From an uncultured Clostridia bacterium (GTDB taxonomy: Bacteria; Bacillota; Clostridia; Oscillospirales; CAG-272): 64,000 bases of DNA. The stretch is from the NCBI GenBank assembly GCA_947588825.1, contig CANPZU010000009.1, forward strand, positions 40 to 64,039. Reading direction: 5' to 3'. Below, piece by piece: positions 1-10,658 of this stretch; the first letter of the stretch is position 1; every line of letters begins with the position of its first letter. The notes under the pieces are model-generated. The model searched no databases and was not told the origin of the DNA. It saw only the letters and a program-made list of their open reading frames with translations. A program made the translations under genes and the position numbers.

Positions 1-357
1 CAGAACAACGAGAGTGCAGGCAAGAAGAAAACCACTCGGATCTCACGGGCAGGCGACTACATCAAGCCATTGCTTGTTCAATGTGCGCTTTGTGCAGTTC
101 GCGCAAAATCGAATCCTGAAATTCGCAATCGGTATTTATCTATTAAAAAGCGTAGGGGTCACAAGAAAGCCATTATTGCTATTGCCAGAATGCTGCTTAC
201 CGTCATTTACAACATCCTCAAAAAGAACGAACCCTATAATCCCGAGCTTTATGCTCACTCTAACAACACTCCGCCGGATCATCGGACGGTTTCCGTGGAG
301 GAGGCTATCTTTATTCTCCAGCGTCAGGGCTTCCGCATTTCCCCTGCTGCTTTTTAA
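1..357 (+). CDS. IS110-family transposase, C-terminal fragment (5' part outside the window)
   Basis: Frame 1 is open from base 1 to TAA at 355-357. The translation ...[29 protein letters not shown]...[33 protein letters not shown] resembles the conserved C-terminal region of IS110/DEDD transposases. Confidence 0.8.
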   Translation, partial: QNNESAGKKKTTRISRAGDYIKPLLVQCALCAVRAKSNPEIRNRYLSIKKRRGHKKAIIAIARMLLTVIYNILKKNEPYNPELYAHSNNTPPDHRTVSVEEAIFILQRQGFRISPAAF

Positions 358-478
358 TCTGGTTTTATATCCTTCTATTTTTCGGCTACTTCGTGGTAGC
401 CTATTTTGTCACGCCCTTTTGGCTATCCCTCTTTTTCGCAATGTTTCAAACTTTGATCACCTCGCTGTATTACAGATG

Positions 479-526
479 TAAAAAATATTCCGATGTCATC
501 TGTGGTGAAAAGATGATATCGGAATA
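479..526 (-). terminator. Rho-independent terminator downstream of eno
   Basis: Minus strand reads ATTCCGATATCATCT-loop-AGATGACATCGGAAT followed by a T run, about 30 nt after the eno stop. Confidence 0.7.
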
Positions 527-558
527 ATTTTATCACGATTTGCGCCTTGTGTCAACCT

Positions 559-1821
559 TTATTTTCCGTAAATCGCGCTCATGCCCAGATTTGATTCTAT
601 ACGAAGAAGTCTGTTGTATTTTGCAATCCTTTCGCCTCTTGCGGGCGCGCCGGTTTTTATCTGACCGGCATTTACTGCAACGGCGATATCCGCAATACTG
701 CTGTCCTCGGTGTCGCCGCTTCTGTGCGAGATTACAGTTTTATACCCGTTTTTTTGAGCGAGCCTAATAACATCAAGAGTCTCTGTCAACGTGCCTATTT
801 GATTGGGTTTAATTAAAATTGCATTGGCACAGGAATTGTCTATACCTATTTTTAAGCGCTCGGAATTGGTCACAAACAAATCGTCTCCGACTATCTGAAG
901 GGAAGCGTGCTTTTTTGTAAAGCGCTCGAACGCTTTCCAGTCGTTTTCGGAGAAGGGATCTTCGATCGATACGATCGGAAATTTGTCGGTAAGATCGCTG
1001 TAATAGAGCGAAAGCTCCTCACAGGTCATTTTTTTGCCGCATTTGGGGAGTTTGTAATTGCCTTTTTCGTCCGCCCACTCACTTGAAGCAATGTCAAGAG
1101 CGATAAAAACATCCTTTCCGGGTGTGTATCCGGCTTTTTGCGCGGCGTCACATATGAGCTCGAGGGCTTTGTACTCATTTTCAAGATTGGGCGCAAAGCC
1201 TCCTTCGTCTCCTACGGCGATCGAAAGCTTTTTTTCCTTGAGCAGGTTCTTGAGCGCCATATATATCTCTGCCCCCGCTCTCATAGCGCGGCTGAAGGAA
1301 TCAAAGACCGAGGGGACGATCATGAATTCCTGAATGTCAAGGTTGTTGTCCGCGTGAGCGCCGCCGTTTAAAATGTTCATCATAGGAGTGGGCAGAACTC
1401 TTGCCCCGACGCCTCCCAAATATCTGTATAGCGGCATTTTATACGAGGTAGCCGCAGCCTTTGCGCAGGCAAGCGAAACCGCCAGTATCGCGTTTGCGCC
1501 TAAAGCCGATTTATTTGCCGTGCCGTCTGCCTCAATCATGATGCTGTCGATAAGCGCCTGGTCGTCCGCTCGTTTACTTTCAAGTATTCTTGAAAGTTCG
1601 GTGTTTATGTTGTTTATTGCTCGTTTTACCCCTTTTCCGTAAAACTCACGTTCCTCGTCTCGCATTTCAAAAGCCTCGTACATGCCTTTTGAAGCTCCCG
1701 ATGGTACCGAGGCCGAGGACATTACGCCGTTTTTCAGAAGAACCGAAGCTTCCACGGTCGGTGTGCCTCTGGAGTCAAATATTTGTCTTCCGACGATTCT
1801 TTTTATTCTGCATTCAGTCAT
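559..1821 (-). CDS. eno: Enolase (phosphopyruvate hydratase)
   Basis: 420 aa. Motifs IFDSRGTPTVE, PSGASKG..EA.E.RD, NILNGGAHADN, IKPNQIGTLTET and SHRSGDTEDSSIADIAVA are present. AGGAGAGG lies 2 nt before the ATG. Confidence 0.95.
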   Translation of the reverse strand: MTECRIKRIVGRQIFDSRGTPTVEASVLLKNGVMSSASVPSGASKGMYEAFEMRDEEREFYGKGVKRAINNINTELSRILESKRADDQALIDSIMIEADGTANKSALGANAILAVSLACAKAAATSYKMPLYRYLGGVGARVLPTPMMNILNGGAHADNNLDIQEFMIVPSVFDSFSRAMRAGAEIYMALKNLLKEKKLSIAVGDEGGFAPNLENEYKALELICDAAQKAGYTPGKDVFIALDIASSEWADEKGNYKLPKCGKKMTCEELSLYYSDLTDKFPIVSIEDPFSENDWKAFERFTKKHASLQIVGDDLFVTNSERLKIGIDNSCANAILIKPNQIGTLTETLDVIRLAQKNGYKTVISHRSGDTEDSSIADIAVAVNAGQIKTGAPARGERIAKYNRLLRIESNLGMSAIYGK

Positions 1822-2100
1822 AACCTCTCCTAACTTGTTTACAAAAGCGCCGCTTTGTTATATAATTTTTTGTGTGTTTATTATCGGTATTATTGACAAA
1901 TTAAAGATATTTATGCGCCATGAGACGGGAGTGCGACTGCAGTCGTTATATAAAGAAAAAACATGCAAAGAGGAGAGAAGCTAAAATGCGGTTTGCGTAA
2001 GCTTGGCGTGTCCGAAGGGAGGAAAAATGTTGTGCACGATTTGGCAATTTGCTGTCAATAAAACGCCAAAACAACAAAATTGCAACTTATAAATTATTAT

Positions 2101-2137
2101 AAATAAAATAAAGAAATCCCCGCAAAACGAGGATTCC
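2101..2137 (-). terminator. Probable terminator downstream of the epimerase-family gene
   Basis: Minus strand GAATCCTCG-tttg-CGGGGATTTC hairpin followed by TTTATTTTATTT. Confidence 0.5.
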
Positions 2138-2254
2138 TTTGTTGATCGGATTATTATTAAAATTGAAGTTTCATATGCCAAACGGTACGTGCGGCACTTA
2201 GAGGGAAAATGCTTGTCGGCTCCTGCTCGATTAACAAAGTCGGAAAAGAAAATA

Positions 2255-3130
2255 TTATATTATTTGGAGCGAGTATTCGGCGCGATAGGTTTCACCAACC
2301 CCAAGTGAGATTGCAAAGGGCTTATCTTCAAACCGTCCGCTCTCGTTTATAAAGGCGGGAAGTCCGTTCCAAGGTTCAAGACATATAAAAGGCGCTCTTT
2401 TTCCGGCGGGAGTCCAAATTCCGAGAGCCGAAAAATCTTTGATATTCATTTTCACTCCGTGGCCGTCGGGACCCAAAAGAGAAATGTTTTCCGATTTCAG
2501 ATCGGCGAGCATAAGCGCGTCATTGTCAAACATTTTATAGTCAAGATCAATGGCGTCCTTGCCGAAGAGAAGATCGTGAGAGCCCTCGGGATTAACTATA
2601 AGTCCGCCGGTGGGTGCTTTATAGTTTACTGCGTATTCCACGCACTCGAAAACTATCCTGTGTTCGGAAAAATCGCCAATCGAGCAGACGGGTATATTTA
2701 TGCCCGTGTGACCGCCCACGTGAAACATTATTTTTTCGTTTGAGGTGTTTTCAACGGAAAAGGCGGTTACAAAGGCGTTATCAAGTAAGGTGTGCGTAAC
2801 GCTGAAAATAAAACCGAACGGATAGCATTCCCTTGTTTTTTCATTGTCTCGCAGTACGAGAGTTATTGAGTTTTCACTGCTTTTGGCAAGCTCGAATTCA
2901 CTTTTCCTCGCAAAACCGTGCTTAGAAAGCGTGATGCTTTTTCCGTTTATCGTCGCACGGTCATCCTTAAGTGAGCAGAGAACGGGGAATAGAACGGGAT
3001 TTTGTCCCTTCCAATATTTCGCGTCGCCCTGCCATATGTACTCTTTGTTGCCTTTTTTGAAGGAGACAAGCTCCGCGCCGTATGTGCTGACACCGGCAAA
3101 ACAGTTTCCGTTTTTAAGTTCTAAAATCAT
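2255..3130 (-). CDS. Aldose 1-epimerase (galactose mutarotase-like) family protein
   Basis: STYGAEL.S...G.EY.WQGD..YW.GQNPVLFPV and HGFAR motifs are typical of the LacX/aldose-epimerase fold. The start is moved to the third ATG (MILELKNG), which has GAAAGGA 6 nt upstream. Confidence 0.8.
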   Translation of the reverse strand: MILELKNGNCFAGVSTYGAELVSFKKGNKEYIWQGDAKYWKGQNPVLFPVLCSLKDDRATINGKSITLSKHGFARKSEFELAKSSENSITLVLRDNEKTRECYPFGFIFSVTHTLLDNAFVTAFSVENTSNEKIMFHVGGHTGINIPVCSIGDFSEHRIVFECVEYAVNYKAPTGGLIVNPEGSHDLLFGKDAIDLDYKMFDNDALMLADLKSENISLLGPDGHGVKMNIKDFSALGIWTPAGKRAPFICLEPWNGLPAFINESGRFEDKPFAISLGVGETYRAEYSLQII

Positions 3131-3225
3131 AAAAAATCCTTTCATCAAAAATAAAAAATATATCGCGAAAAATTAAGGTGAGTCAGGAAAAAATGCCGAG
3201 AAAACTCGGCATAATCGTTATAGCG

Positions 3226-3426
3226 TCAAATGTCGTCCGAATCGGAGTAACAGGCGTTGCAGCATTCTTCAAAATCTCTTGCGGCTCTGTCGTCGACCGT
3301 GTCCGTTTTACAATCACAGACGCGTCTTTTTTTCATTTTGCATATAACAATCATAACAGCGGTAGAGATTGCGGCGATGGCGCCGATCAATATGAGAAGC
3401 TTTGCAATTAATGATAGATCTTTCAT
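3226..3426 (-). CDS. Small membrane-anchored Cys-rich acidic protein (hypothetical)
   Basis: 66 aa read from MKDLSL. GGAGG lies 5 nt upstream of this ATG. One N-terminal hydrophobic helix is followed by a KKRR stop-transfer and a tail with C.C ... CC..C and an acidic end. Confidence 0.5.
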   Translation of the reverse strand: MKDLSLIAKLLILIGAIAAISTAVMIVICKMKKRRVCDCKTDTVDDRAARDFEECCNACYSDSDDI

Positions 3427-3640
3427 GGCGGCCTCCAAAATTTATTATCATTAGTATAACAGATTTTTAAGCGTATTAATCAAAAATATTATGATATATT
3501 TGTGAATTTTTTCTCATAAGCTTCGTTTGACGCAATAAAATCCTTAAGGTATGATTGAAATTCGCAAAACGGTGTGCTATAATAAAAACGATATTTTGTT
3601 TATCGGGGGAGCCTTTTGCTTTTTAAGGTCGGTATTAACA

Positions 3641-4687
3641 ATGATAGAGCTTTTGTCACTTGAATATAATGAGCTCAGGGCCTTTGTAGAAAATGAACTG
3701 GGTGAAAGCTCGTTCAGAGCAAATCAGATATCGGAATGGATCTGCAGGGGCGCTTCAATTGAAGACATGACAAATCTGTCAAAGTCACTTCGAGAAAAAC
3801 TTGCGCAAGAGGCGTTTATCGCGTATCCGAAGATCAGGAAAAAGCTGATTTCAAAAATCGACGGCACGGTCAAATATCTTTTTGAATATTTAGACGGCGA
3901 AACGGTCGAAGGGGTGCTCATGAGATACGATCACGGGAACACCTTGTGCGTTTCGACTCAAGTGGGATGTCGTATGGGATGCAGATTCTGCGCTTCAACT
4001 ATTGGAGGAAAGGTTCGGGACCTCTCCTCGGGCGAAATACTCGGTCAGGTGATAATCGCTCAAAAAGAAAGCGGCGAACGCATTTCAAATATCGTCATGA
4101 TGGGGATAGGAGAGCCGCTTGACAATTATGACAACGTCCTTCGCTTTATTAAGCTGGTCAGTGACGAGCACGGCCTCAATATCGGGCAAAGGCACATATC
4201 CCTTTCGACCTCCGGGCTTGCAGACAAAATCGACGCTCTTGCAAATGAGGACCTGCAAATAACCCTTTCGGTCTCGCTCCACGCCTTTGACGATAAAACG
4301 CGCTCCTCTATAATGCCGGTTAACAACAAATGGAATATAGATGTTCTGCTGAAAGCGTGCAAACGTTATTTTGACAAAACAGGAAGGCGCGTTTCCTTTG
4401 AATACACCCTTATAAACGGTAAAAACGACTCGCTTGAGGGTGCGCGGCAGCTTTCAATTCTCTTGAAGAGATACTTTGGCAAAACGCCCGTTCATGTCAA
4501 TCTTATTCCCGTGAATCAGGTAAGCGAAAGCTCTTTTACGGCTTCGGGTAGGGGAAAAGTGAACGCGTTTTGCGCGGAATTGTGTCAAAACGGCGTCAAT
4601 GCTACGGTAAGAAGAAAGCTCGGCGACGATATTTCGGCTGCCTGCGGACAGCTCAGAAGACGCGAGATGCAAATTTTCGACACATAA
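3641..4687 (+). CDS. rlmN: 23S rRNA/tRNA (adenine-C2)-methyltransferase RlmN, radical SAM
   Basis: FRANQI..W, the radical-SAM motif CRMGCRFCAS, GIGEPLDN and a C-terminal AACGQL are present. The start is uncertain: the ORF is open from 3551, but MIELLSLEY at 3641 gives the usual length. Confidence 0.93.
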   Translation: MIELLSLEYNELRAFVENELGESSFRANQISEWICRGASIEDMTNLSKSLREKLAQEAFIAYPKIRKKLISKIDGTVKYLFEYLDGETVEGVLMRYDHGNTLCVSTQVGCRMGCRFCASTIGGKVRDLSSGEILGQVIIAQKESGERISNIVMMGIGEPLDNYDNVLRFIKLVSDEHGLNIGQRHISLSTSGLADKIDALANEDLQITLSVSLHAFDDKTRSSIMPVNNKWNIDVLLKACKRYFDKTGRRVSFEYTLINGKNDSLEGARQLSILLKRYFGKTPVHVNLIPVNQVSESSFTASGRGKVNAFCAELCQNGVNATVRRKLGDDISAACGQLRRREMQIFDT

Positions 4688-4735
4688 TATTTCTTTAAAA
4701 TCCACAACCTAAGAAGGGAGTCAGTCAAACCGACA

Positions 4736-5503
4736 ATGAGTATTGATTATTACGGCATCAGTGATATAGGTCCGGTGCGGCAGGAAAATCAGGATTGCTG
4801 CAACGCATATAAGCTGTACGACAATGCGTATTTGTTTATTGTTTGTGACGGCATGGGAGGCAATAACGGCGGAAAGACCGCAAGCGTTACCGCATCTAAG
4901 GAGTTCTCTGCCAAAATCAAAGAAGGACTCGCAAGGTTCGCCGAAGGCGATAAAATACCGCGCAAAGCCTTAAGAAGCATACCTCGCTGTATGGCGGACG
5001 CTCTCTTAAAAACAAACAGCGCCGTTTTTGCTTTGGCATCCGAAAACAAGCTGCTTTCCGGCATGGGAACCACTCTTGTAGCCATGCTTGCCATCGACGA
5101 TAAGGCGTTTATTATCAATGTCGGCGACAGCAGAGCATATGTTGCCGAAGAAAACGCTATTTTGCAGATAACCAAGGATCATTCATATGTGCAATTTCTT
5201 GTGGATGCGGGAAAGATAACTCCCGAGGAAGCGAGAAATCACCCCAACAAGAATGTCATAACGCGCTCTGTGGGCGTCGAACCAAATGTGGCGCCCGATA
5301 TTTTCCGTATGACTTTAAACAAAAATCAGCACATTCTTCTATGCAGCGACGGCTTGTCAAACTTTGTCAGCGAAGAGGCGATACTGCGCTGTCTTTGTGT
5401 GGACACTCAGATAGAGAGTAAAGTTCGCATACTTGTTGAGCAAGCCAAGCTTGGCGGTGGAAACGACAATATCACGGCTCTTGTCATAGAGTACGACAAA
5501 TAA
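4736..5503 (+). CDS. prpC: PP2C-family Ser/Thr protein phosphatase (Stp/PrpC)
   Basis: RQENQD, VCDGMGG, GTTLV, VGDSRAY and LLCSDGL...GG.DNIT are PP2C signatures. The gene sits in the conserved position before prkC. Confidence 0.93.
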   Translation: MSIDYYGISDIGPVRQENQDCCNAYKLYDNAYLFIVCDGMGGNNGGKTASVTASKEFSAKIKEGLARFAEGDKIPRKALRSIPRCMADALLKTNSAVFALASENKLLSGMGTTLVAMLAIDDKAFIINVGDSRAYVAEENAILQITKDHSYVQFLVDAGKITPEEARNHPNKNVITRSVGVEPNVAPDIFRMTLNKNQHILLCSDGLSNFVSEEAILRCLCVDTQIESKVRILVEQAKLGGGNDNITALVIEYDK

Positions 5504-5559
5504 CATCAAATAAAATCATTTTTCGGCCCGTATTGTGAGCTGGGAGCGGTTAATAACTT

Positions 5560-7551
5560 ATGGATAATTACACTAAATATATCGGACAAACCCTTGAAAA
5601 CAGGTACAATATAAAAAGCCTTATAGGAAACGGCGGAATGGCGCATGTCTTTCTTGCCGAAGACACCGTCATGAACAGACAGGTGGCAATAAAGGTGTTA
5701 AAGGACAACATTTCCTCCGACGCGCTTGCCGTCAAGCGTTTTATCAATGAAACAAAAGCAATATCTATGTTAAAGCACAGTAATATTGTCGGAGTTTACG
5801 ATATTTCGGTTGATTCGGAGCCCAAATACATTGCGATGGAGTATGTCAAAGGCGTTACGCTTATGGCATATATGGAGGAAAAGGGGATACTGCCCTTTGA
5901 CGAAACGGAAAAATATGTTTTGCAGATACTCGCGGCGCTCTCTCACGCGCATTCCAAGGGAATCATTCACAGAGATATCAAGCCTCAGAACATCATTATC
6001 GACTCCAATGGAAATGTGAAAGTAGCCGATTTCGGTATAGCCAAACTACCGGGCAACGAGACTATATCTCTTGCGGATAAAGCAATCGGTACCGTTAACT
6101 ACATCAATCCCGAGCAGGCGTGCGGTAAGGCGATCGACGCCAGAAGCGACATATACTCTCTCGGGATCATGATGTACGAAATGGTGACCGGCAAGCTGCC
6201 CTTTGTCGCGGACACACCGGTTGCAACGGCGTATATGCAGATACACGATAAGCCGCAAAAGCCTTCGTCAATTAATCCCAAAGTTGCAAAGGGACTTGAA
6301 CAGATAATTCTCAAGGCAATGAAAAAGAATCCCGAAAACCGATTCCAAACCGCGGGAGAGATGTTTTCATGCCTTAAACGCGTAAAGGACAACCCTGACG
6401 TCACATTTGATTTTATCTTTGACGAGGATGCCGAAACAACGCCGTTTGCCGACGCTCTTCCAAACGAGATATCGGGGGACATTGTTATCAAGATAAGCGA
6501 CGCGCCTTCTCATAATAAGGAAGAGGATGTCGTTACTGTCCGTCCCGAGATAAAGGTAAGCAAGGTCCGAAAATCAAATGCTCCCGAAAAGACGGATGGT
6601 TTTTGGAAAAAGATAAAAGAAAAAAGAGAGGAAAAGAAAAAGAATATCGAGGTCGAGGAGATCGTCGTTAATAAAAAATCAAGCGTTTCATTACTCGGGA
6701 TAATACTCGGCATCATGTCGGCCGTGGCGTGTGTGTGTATTGTCGTACTGTTCTATGTCTTTAACAATTACATTGTAGAGTCCATTAGCTCAAACGGCTC
6801 GCAGACCATAGTCGTCGGTGATTTCAAATATATGAGCTTTTCCGAGGAATTTCAAAGAAGGCTTGAAGACGAGGGATATGAAATTAGCGTCGAATGGGTC
6901 TCGAGCAGCGAATATCTCGCCAATACGATTATTTCACAATATCCCGAGGCAAACGAGCAAAGAATGATAATTCCCGGTGAACGCAAATGCAGTTTGGAAC
7001 TTGTTGTATGCCGGGGCGAGGATATGGTGAGTCTTGGCAACTATGTCGGAATGGACTATAGAGAGGCGGTGATATCCATGAACGCACTCGGACTTAAAAC
7101 AAATGTGGTGCAGCAGAACAGTCCGGCTATCGCGGAAGGATGCATTATTTCTACGTATCCCGAGGCGGGATCTCTTATTACCTCGGATACCCTTGTCACT
7201 GTCTATGTCAGCATAGGGTCCGGCAGTGAATATGTGAGCGTACCTAATTTTGTCAACATGAACAGCATAGAGCTTGATCTTGCGTTGATAAGATACGGAT
7301 TTAGGATCAAGAGCATCAGCTACGAATACTCTGAAACGGTCGAAGCGGGACGCGTCATATCTCAAAGCATACTGCAAGGTACTAAAGTGCCATCCGGCGT
7401 TACGGAAATCAGCTTTGTGGTGAGCCTTGGAAGCGAATTTGACTTTTTTGACTCAACAGAGAACTATAACGGAAATATTCAAACTCCTTCGACCGGCAAT
7501 GCCGACAGCGAATTTGAAAGGGATCCTGACAATTCGGATTACGAGGGTTAG
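5560..7551 (+). CDS. prkC: Ser/Thr protein kinase with PASTA repeats (PrkC/Stk1)
   Basis: Hanks kinase motifs are present (GNGGMAHV, AIK, HRDIKPQN, DFGIA, the PEQ region). One TM segment follows, then C-terminal repeats of PASTA type. Confidence 0.95.
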   Translation: MDNYTKYIGQTLENRYNIKSLIGNGGMAHVFLAEDTVMNRQVAIKVLKDNISSDALAVKRFINETKAISMLKHSNIVGVYDISVDSEPKYIAMEYVKGVTLMAYMEEKGILPFDETEKYVLQILAALSHAHSKGIIHRDIKPQNIIIDSNGNVKVADFGIAKLPGNETISLADKAIGTVNYINPEQACGKAIDARSDIYSLGIMMYEMVTGKLPFVADTPVATAYMQIHDKPQKPSSINPKVAKGLEQIILKAMKKNPENRFQTAGEMFSCLKRVKDNPDVTFDFIFDEDAETTPFADALPNEISGDIVIKISDAPSHNKEEDVVTVRPEIKVSKVRKSNAPEKTDGFWKKIKEKREEKKKNIEVEEIVVNKKSSVSLLGIILGIMSAVACVCIVVLFYVFNNYIVESISSNGSQTIVVGDFKYMSFSEEFQRRLEDEGYEISVEWVSSSEYLANTIISQYPEANEQRMIIPGERKCSLELVVCRGEDMVSLGNYVGMDYREAVISMNALGLKTNVVQQNSPAIAEGCIISTYPEAGSLITSDTLVTVYVSIGSGSEYVSVPNFVNMNSIELDLALIRYGFRIKSISYEYSETVEAGRVISQSILQGTKVPSGVTEISFVVSLGSEFDFFDSTENYNGNIQTPSTGNADSEFERDPDNSDYEG

Positions 7552-7678
7552 GGATAGGGATAAAAGGTCCTTTTTATCCGACATTTACTAAGTATTGTCC
7601 GCACATACCGACTGCGCGTTTTATAAAAAATTCTTTTTCACATAGACGCGTATATTTCCAAAATACGAAAGGAAGCCT

Positions 7679-9526
7679 TTGTCTTTATGCAAAGGCTCGG
7701 TACTTATTAAGATGAGTTATGACAAAGAGCATATAAGAAATTTTTCGATAATCGCGCATATTGATCACGGAAAGTCTACACTTGCCGACCGTATACTGGA
7801 AAAGACGCAGACGGTCGCAAAAAGGGAGATGGAGGATCAGATCCTTGACAACATGGAGCTTGAAAAGGAACGCGGAATAACGATAAAAGCAAGAGCCGTG
7901 AAGATAAAATACACAGCAAAGGACGGGGAAAAATATGTGTTTAACCTTATCGACACTCCCGGGCATGTTGACTTTAACTATGAGGTCTCTCGTTCACTGA
8001 ACGCTTGCGAGGGCGCTTTGCTTGTGGTAGACGCCAGTCAGGGAATAGAAGCGCAGACGCTTGCCAACGCATATCTTGCAATCGATTCAAATCTTGAAAT
8101 TGTTCCGGTTATAAACAAGATCGATCTGCCGTCGGCGGATATAGAGGGATGCAGAAAGGAGATAGAGGACATCATAGGCATACCTTCGGAGGGCTGTCCC
8201 GCGATTTCCGCAAAAACCGGACAGAACATAGACGATGTACTTGAGAAAATTATCAGCGATATTCCCGCCCCAAAGGGGGATGTAAACATGCCGCTGAAGG
8301 CGCTGATTTTTGATTCGTACTATGACCCTTATCTCGGAGTTGTGGTGTATATCCGAGTGTTTGACGGAAGAATTAAAGCCGGAGAAAGAATTCGCATGAT
8401 GAACACCGGCGCGGAGTTTGACGTTATCGAAGTCGGCACTATGGGCACCTTTGGCCTTGAAAAGGCGGATTCCCTTTCCGCAGGCGAGGTTGGGTACATC
8501 ACCGCGAGCATAAAAAATGTCACAGACACTCGAGTGGGAGATACTGTGACAAAATGTGATTGTCCTACAAAAAACGCGTTTCCCGGCTTTAAAAAAGCAC
8601 TTCCGATGGTGTATTCGGGCATATATCCCGCGGACGGTTCAAAATACGGCGATCTGAGAGATGCGCTTGAAAAACTCCGCCTCAACGACGCCGCCCTCTC
8701 ATTTGAACCCGAAACCTCAACGGCGCTCGGCTTCGGCTTTCGCTGCGGCTTTCTCGGTCTGCTCCACATGGATGTTATTCAGGAGAGGATTGAGAGAGAG
8801 TTCAACCTTGATATAATCACTACCGCTCCGAGCGTCATATACAAAATTGAGAAGCGCACGGGAGAGCAAATCAGCATCGACAACCCCTCGCGTTATCCGG
8901 CCCCCGATGAAATAGTTCAGGCGTATGAGCCGTTTATCAAGGCGAGCATAATAACCCCCTCTGAATACGTTGGAGGCATTATGGAGCTTTGCCAGGACCG
9001 CCGAGGCATATTCAAGGACATGAAATACCTTGACTCGACAAGAACGGAGCTTCACTACGAGCTGCCTCTGAACGAGGTCATATACAATTTCTTTGACGCG
9101 TTGAAGAGCAGGAGCCGAGGATACGCTTCTCTTGACTATGAAATATCGGGCTATAAAGAAAGCAGGCTTGTAAAGCTTGACATACTGCTCAACGGTGAGA
9201 TTGTCGACGCCCTCTCGTTTATAGTACACGAGGAAAAGGCTTACGCTCGAGCGAGACTTATATGTCAGAAACTTAAAGACAATATCCCGCGCCAGCTCTT
9301 TGAAATTCCAATTCAGGCGGCAATCGGCGGCAAGATAATAGCAAGGGAAACGGTTAAAGCACTTCGCAAGGACGTGCTCGCAAAATGCTACGGCGGAGAT
9401 ATAACAAGAAAAAAGAAACTTCTTGAAAAACAGAAGGAAGGTAAAAAGAAGATGCGCCAGCTCGGTTCGGTTCAGGTATCTCCCGAAGCGTTCATGGCCG
9501 TGCTCAAATTTGACGATGAAGAGTAA
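7679..9526 (+). CDS. lepA: Translation elongation factor 4 (LepA)
   Basis: [33 protein letters not shown] and a C-terminal LepA_C-like [14 protein letters not shown] are present. The start is either TTG 7679 (AAAGGAAG upstream) or ATG 7712. Confidence 0.96.
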   Translation: MSLCKGSVLIKMSYDKEHIRNFSIIAHIDHGKSTLADRILEKTQTVAKREMEDQILDNMELEKERGITIKARAVKIKYTAKDGEKYVFNLIDTPGHVDFNYEVSRSLNACEGALLVVDASQGIEAQTLANAYLAIDSNLEIVPVINKIDLPSADIEGCRKEIEDIIGIPSEGCPAISAKTGQNIDDVLEKIISDIPAPKGDVNMPLKALIFDSYYDPYLGVVVYIRVFDGRIKAGERIRMMNTGAEFDVIEVGTMGTFGLEKADSLSAGEVGYITASIKNVTDTRVGDTVTKCDCPTKNAFPGFKKALPMVYSGIYPADGSKYGDLRDALEKLRLNDAALSFEPETSTALGFGFRCGFLGLLHMDVIQERIEREFNLDIITTAPSVIYKIEKRTGEQISIDNPSRYPAPDEIVQAYEPFIKASIITPSEYVGGIMELCQDRRGIFKDMKYLDSTRTELHYELPLNEVIYNFFDALKSRSRGYASLDYEISGYKESRLVKLDILLNGEIVDALSFIVHEEKAYARARLICQKLKDNIPRQLFEIPIQAAIGGKIIARETVKALRKDVLAKCYGGDITRKKKLLEKQKEGKKKMRQLGSVQVSPEAFMAVLKFDDEE

Positions 9527-10610
9527 AAATGTCGGACTTTACATTCACATACCCTTTTGCGTAAAAAAATGTGCATATTGCGATTTTTACTCGTTGGAAT
9601 GCAAAAACAGCGATATGTATGCCGACTACAGCGAATGTATCGCAGGTCAAATAAGAGCGCTTGGAAAGGCGAGTCAAGACCTTCATTTTGACAGTATCTT
9701 TTTCGGAGGCGGAACTCCCTCTCTTATCGGAAGTCGGGGCTTCGGGCAGATTTTTGAAGCCATATACGGCAGTCTTTTTGTCGACGGCGACTGTGAGATA
9801 ACTGTTGAGGTCAACCCAAAAACAGTTGACAAATCACTTGCCAAAGCCTTTAAAGAAGCGGGAGTAAACAGGGTAAGCATCGGTTTGCAGAGCGCAAACG
9901 ACAACGAGCTTGCAGCTCTCTCCCGTATTCACACTTACAGCGATTTTTTAAAAACTCATACGATTATAAGTGAAACCGTCACCGAAAACATCAGCGCGGA
10001 TATAATGTACGGCATACCGCTGCAGAGCATAACCTCGCTGCAAAACACGCTTGACTCTCTTATTAAGCTCCGTCTTGCGCACGTTTCGGCCTACATGCTC
10101 AAGGTGGAAAAGGGAACGCCGTTTGACAGAATGGGAAAAGCTCTCATTCTTCCGGACGAGGACAGTGTCTGCGATATGTATGAACTTATTTATCAGGTAC
10201 TTGACGGCGCAAAAATAAAAAGATATGAAATAAGCAACTTTGCAAAAAACGGTTTTCGGTGCAGGCATAATCTAAAATACTGGGAGAGGGAAGAATACAT
10301 AGGTCTCGGTCCCTCCGCCCACTCCTTTATTGACGGGGTAAGATACTCATACAGAAGAGACCTTGAAAAATACCTTTCAACGCCCGAATTTGAAGAATAC
10401 CGCGTGATTACCGACAGGGACGCCGAAAACGAAAGAATAATGCTCGGTTTGAGGCTCGAAAAGGGGATAGCGCCGAGCGACGCGTTGCTCAAAAGGGCGT
10501 CTAAGTTCATAAAAGAAGGTTATATAAAAAGCGAGGAAGGAAGGCTTTTCTTTACCACAAAAGGCTTTCTTGTCAGTAACTACATTCTCTCCGAGCTTAT
10601 CGATTTTTGA
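9516..10610 (+). CDS. hemW: Radical SAM family heme chaperone HemW (HemN-like, oxygen-independent coproporphyrinogen oxidase family)
   Basis: [22 protein letters not shown] and a HemN_C-like tail are present. The start is taken at MKSKNVGLY, overlapping the lepA stop by 11 nt. The track ORF from 9423 merely runs through the lepA 3' end. Confidence 0.88.
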   Translation: MKSKNVGLYIHIPFCVKKCAYCDFYSLECKNSDMYADYSECIAGQIRALGKASQDLHFDSIFFGGGTPSLIGSRGFGQIFEAIYGSLFVDGDCEITVEVNPKTVDKSLAKAFKEAGVNRVSIGLQSANDNELAALSRIHTYSDFLKTHTIISETVTENISADIMYGIPLQSITSLQNTLDSLIKLRLAHVSAYMLKVEKGTPFDRMGKALILPDEDSVCDMYELIYQVLDGAKIKRYEISNFAKNGFRCRHNLKYWEREEYIGLGPSAHSFIDGVRYSYRRDLEKYLSTPEFEEYRVITDRDAENERIMLGLRLEKGIAPSDALLKRASKFIKEGYIKSEEGRLFFTTKGFLVSNYILSELIDF

Positions 10611-10658
10611 GCGCCGGGACCCCTTTGTTTTTTAGGCACAAAGACATAAAGGAGAAAA

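Noticed and set aside
3551-3640. 30-codon N-terminal extension of rlmN
   Set aside because: The extension has no counterpart in RlmN proteins as I know them. The internal Met gives the usual ~348-aa length. This remains uncertain.
9423-9515. N-terminal extension of hemW
   Set aside because: This part of the ORF is simply an alternative frame of the lepA 3' end. The HemW homology starts at [15 protein letters not shown].
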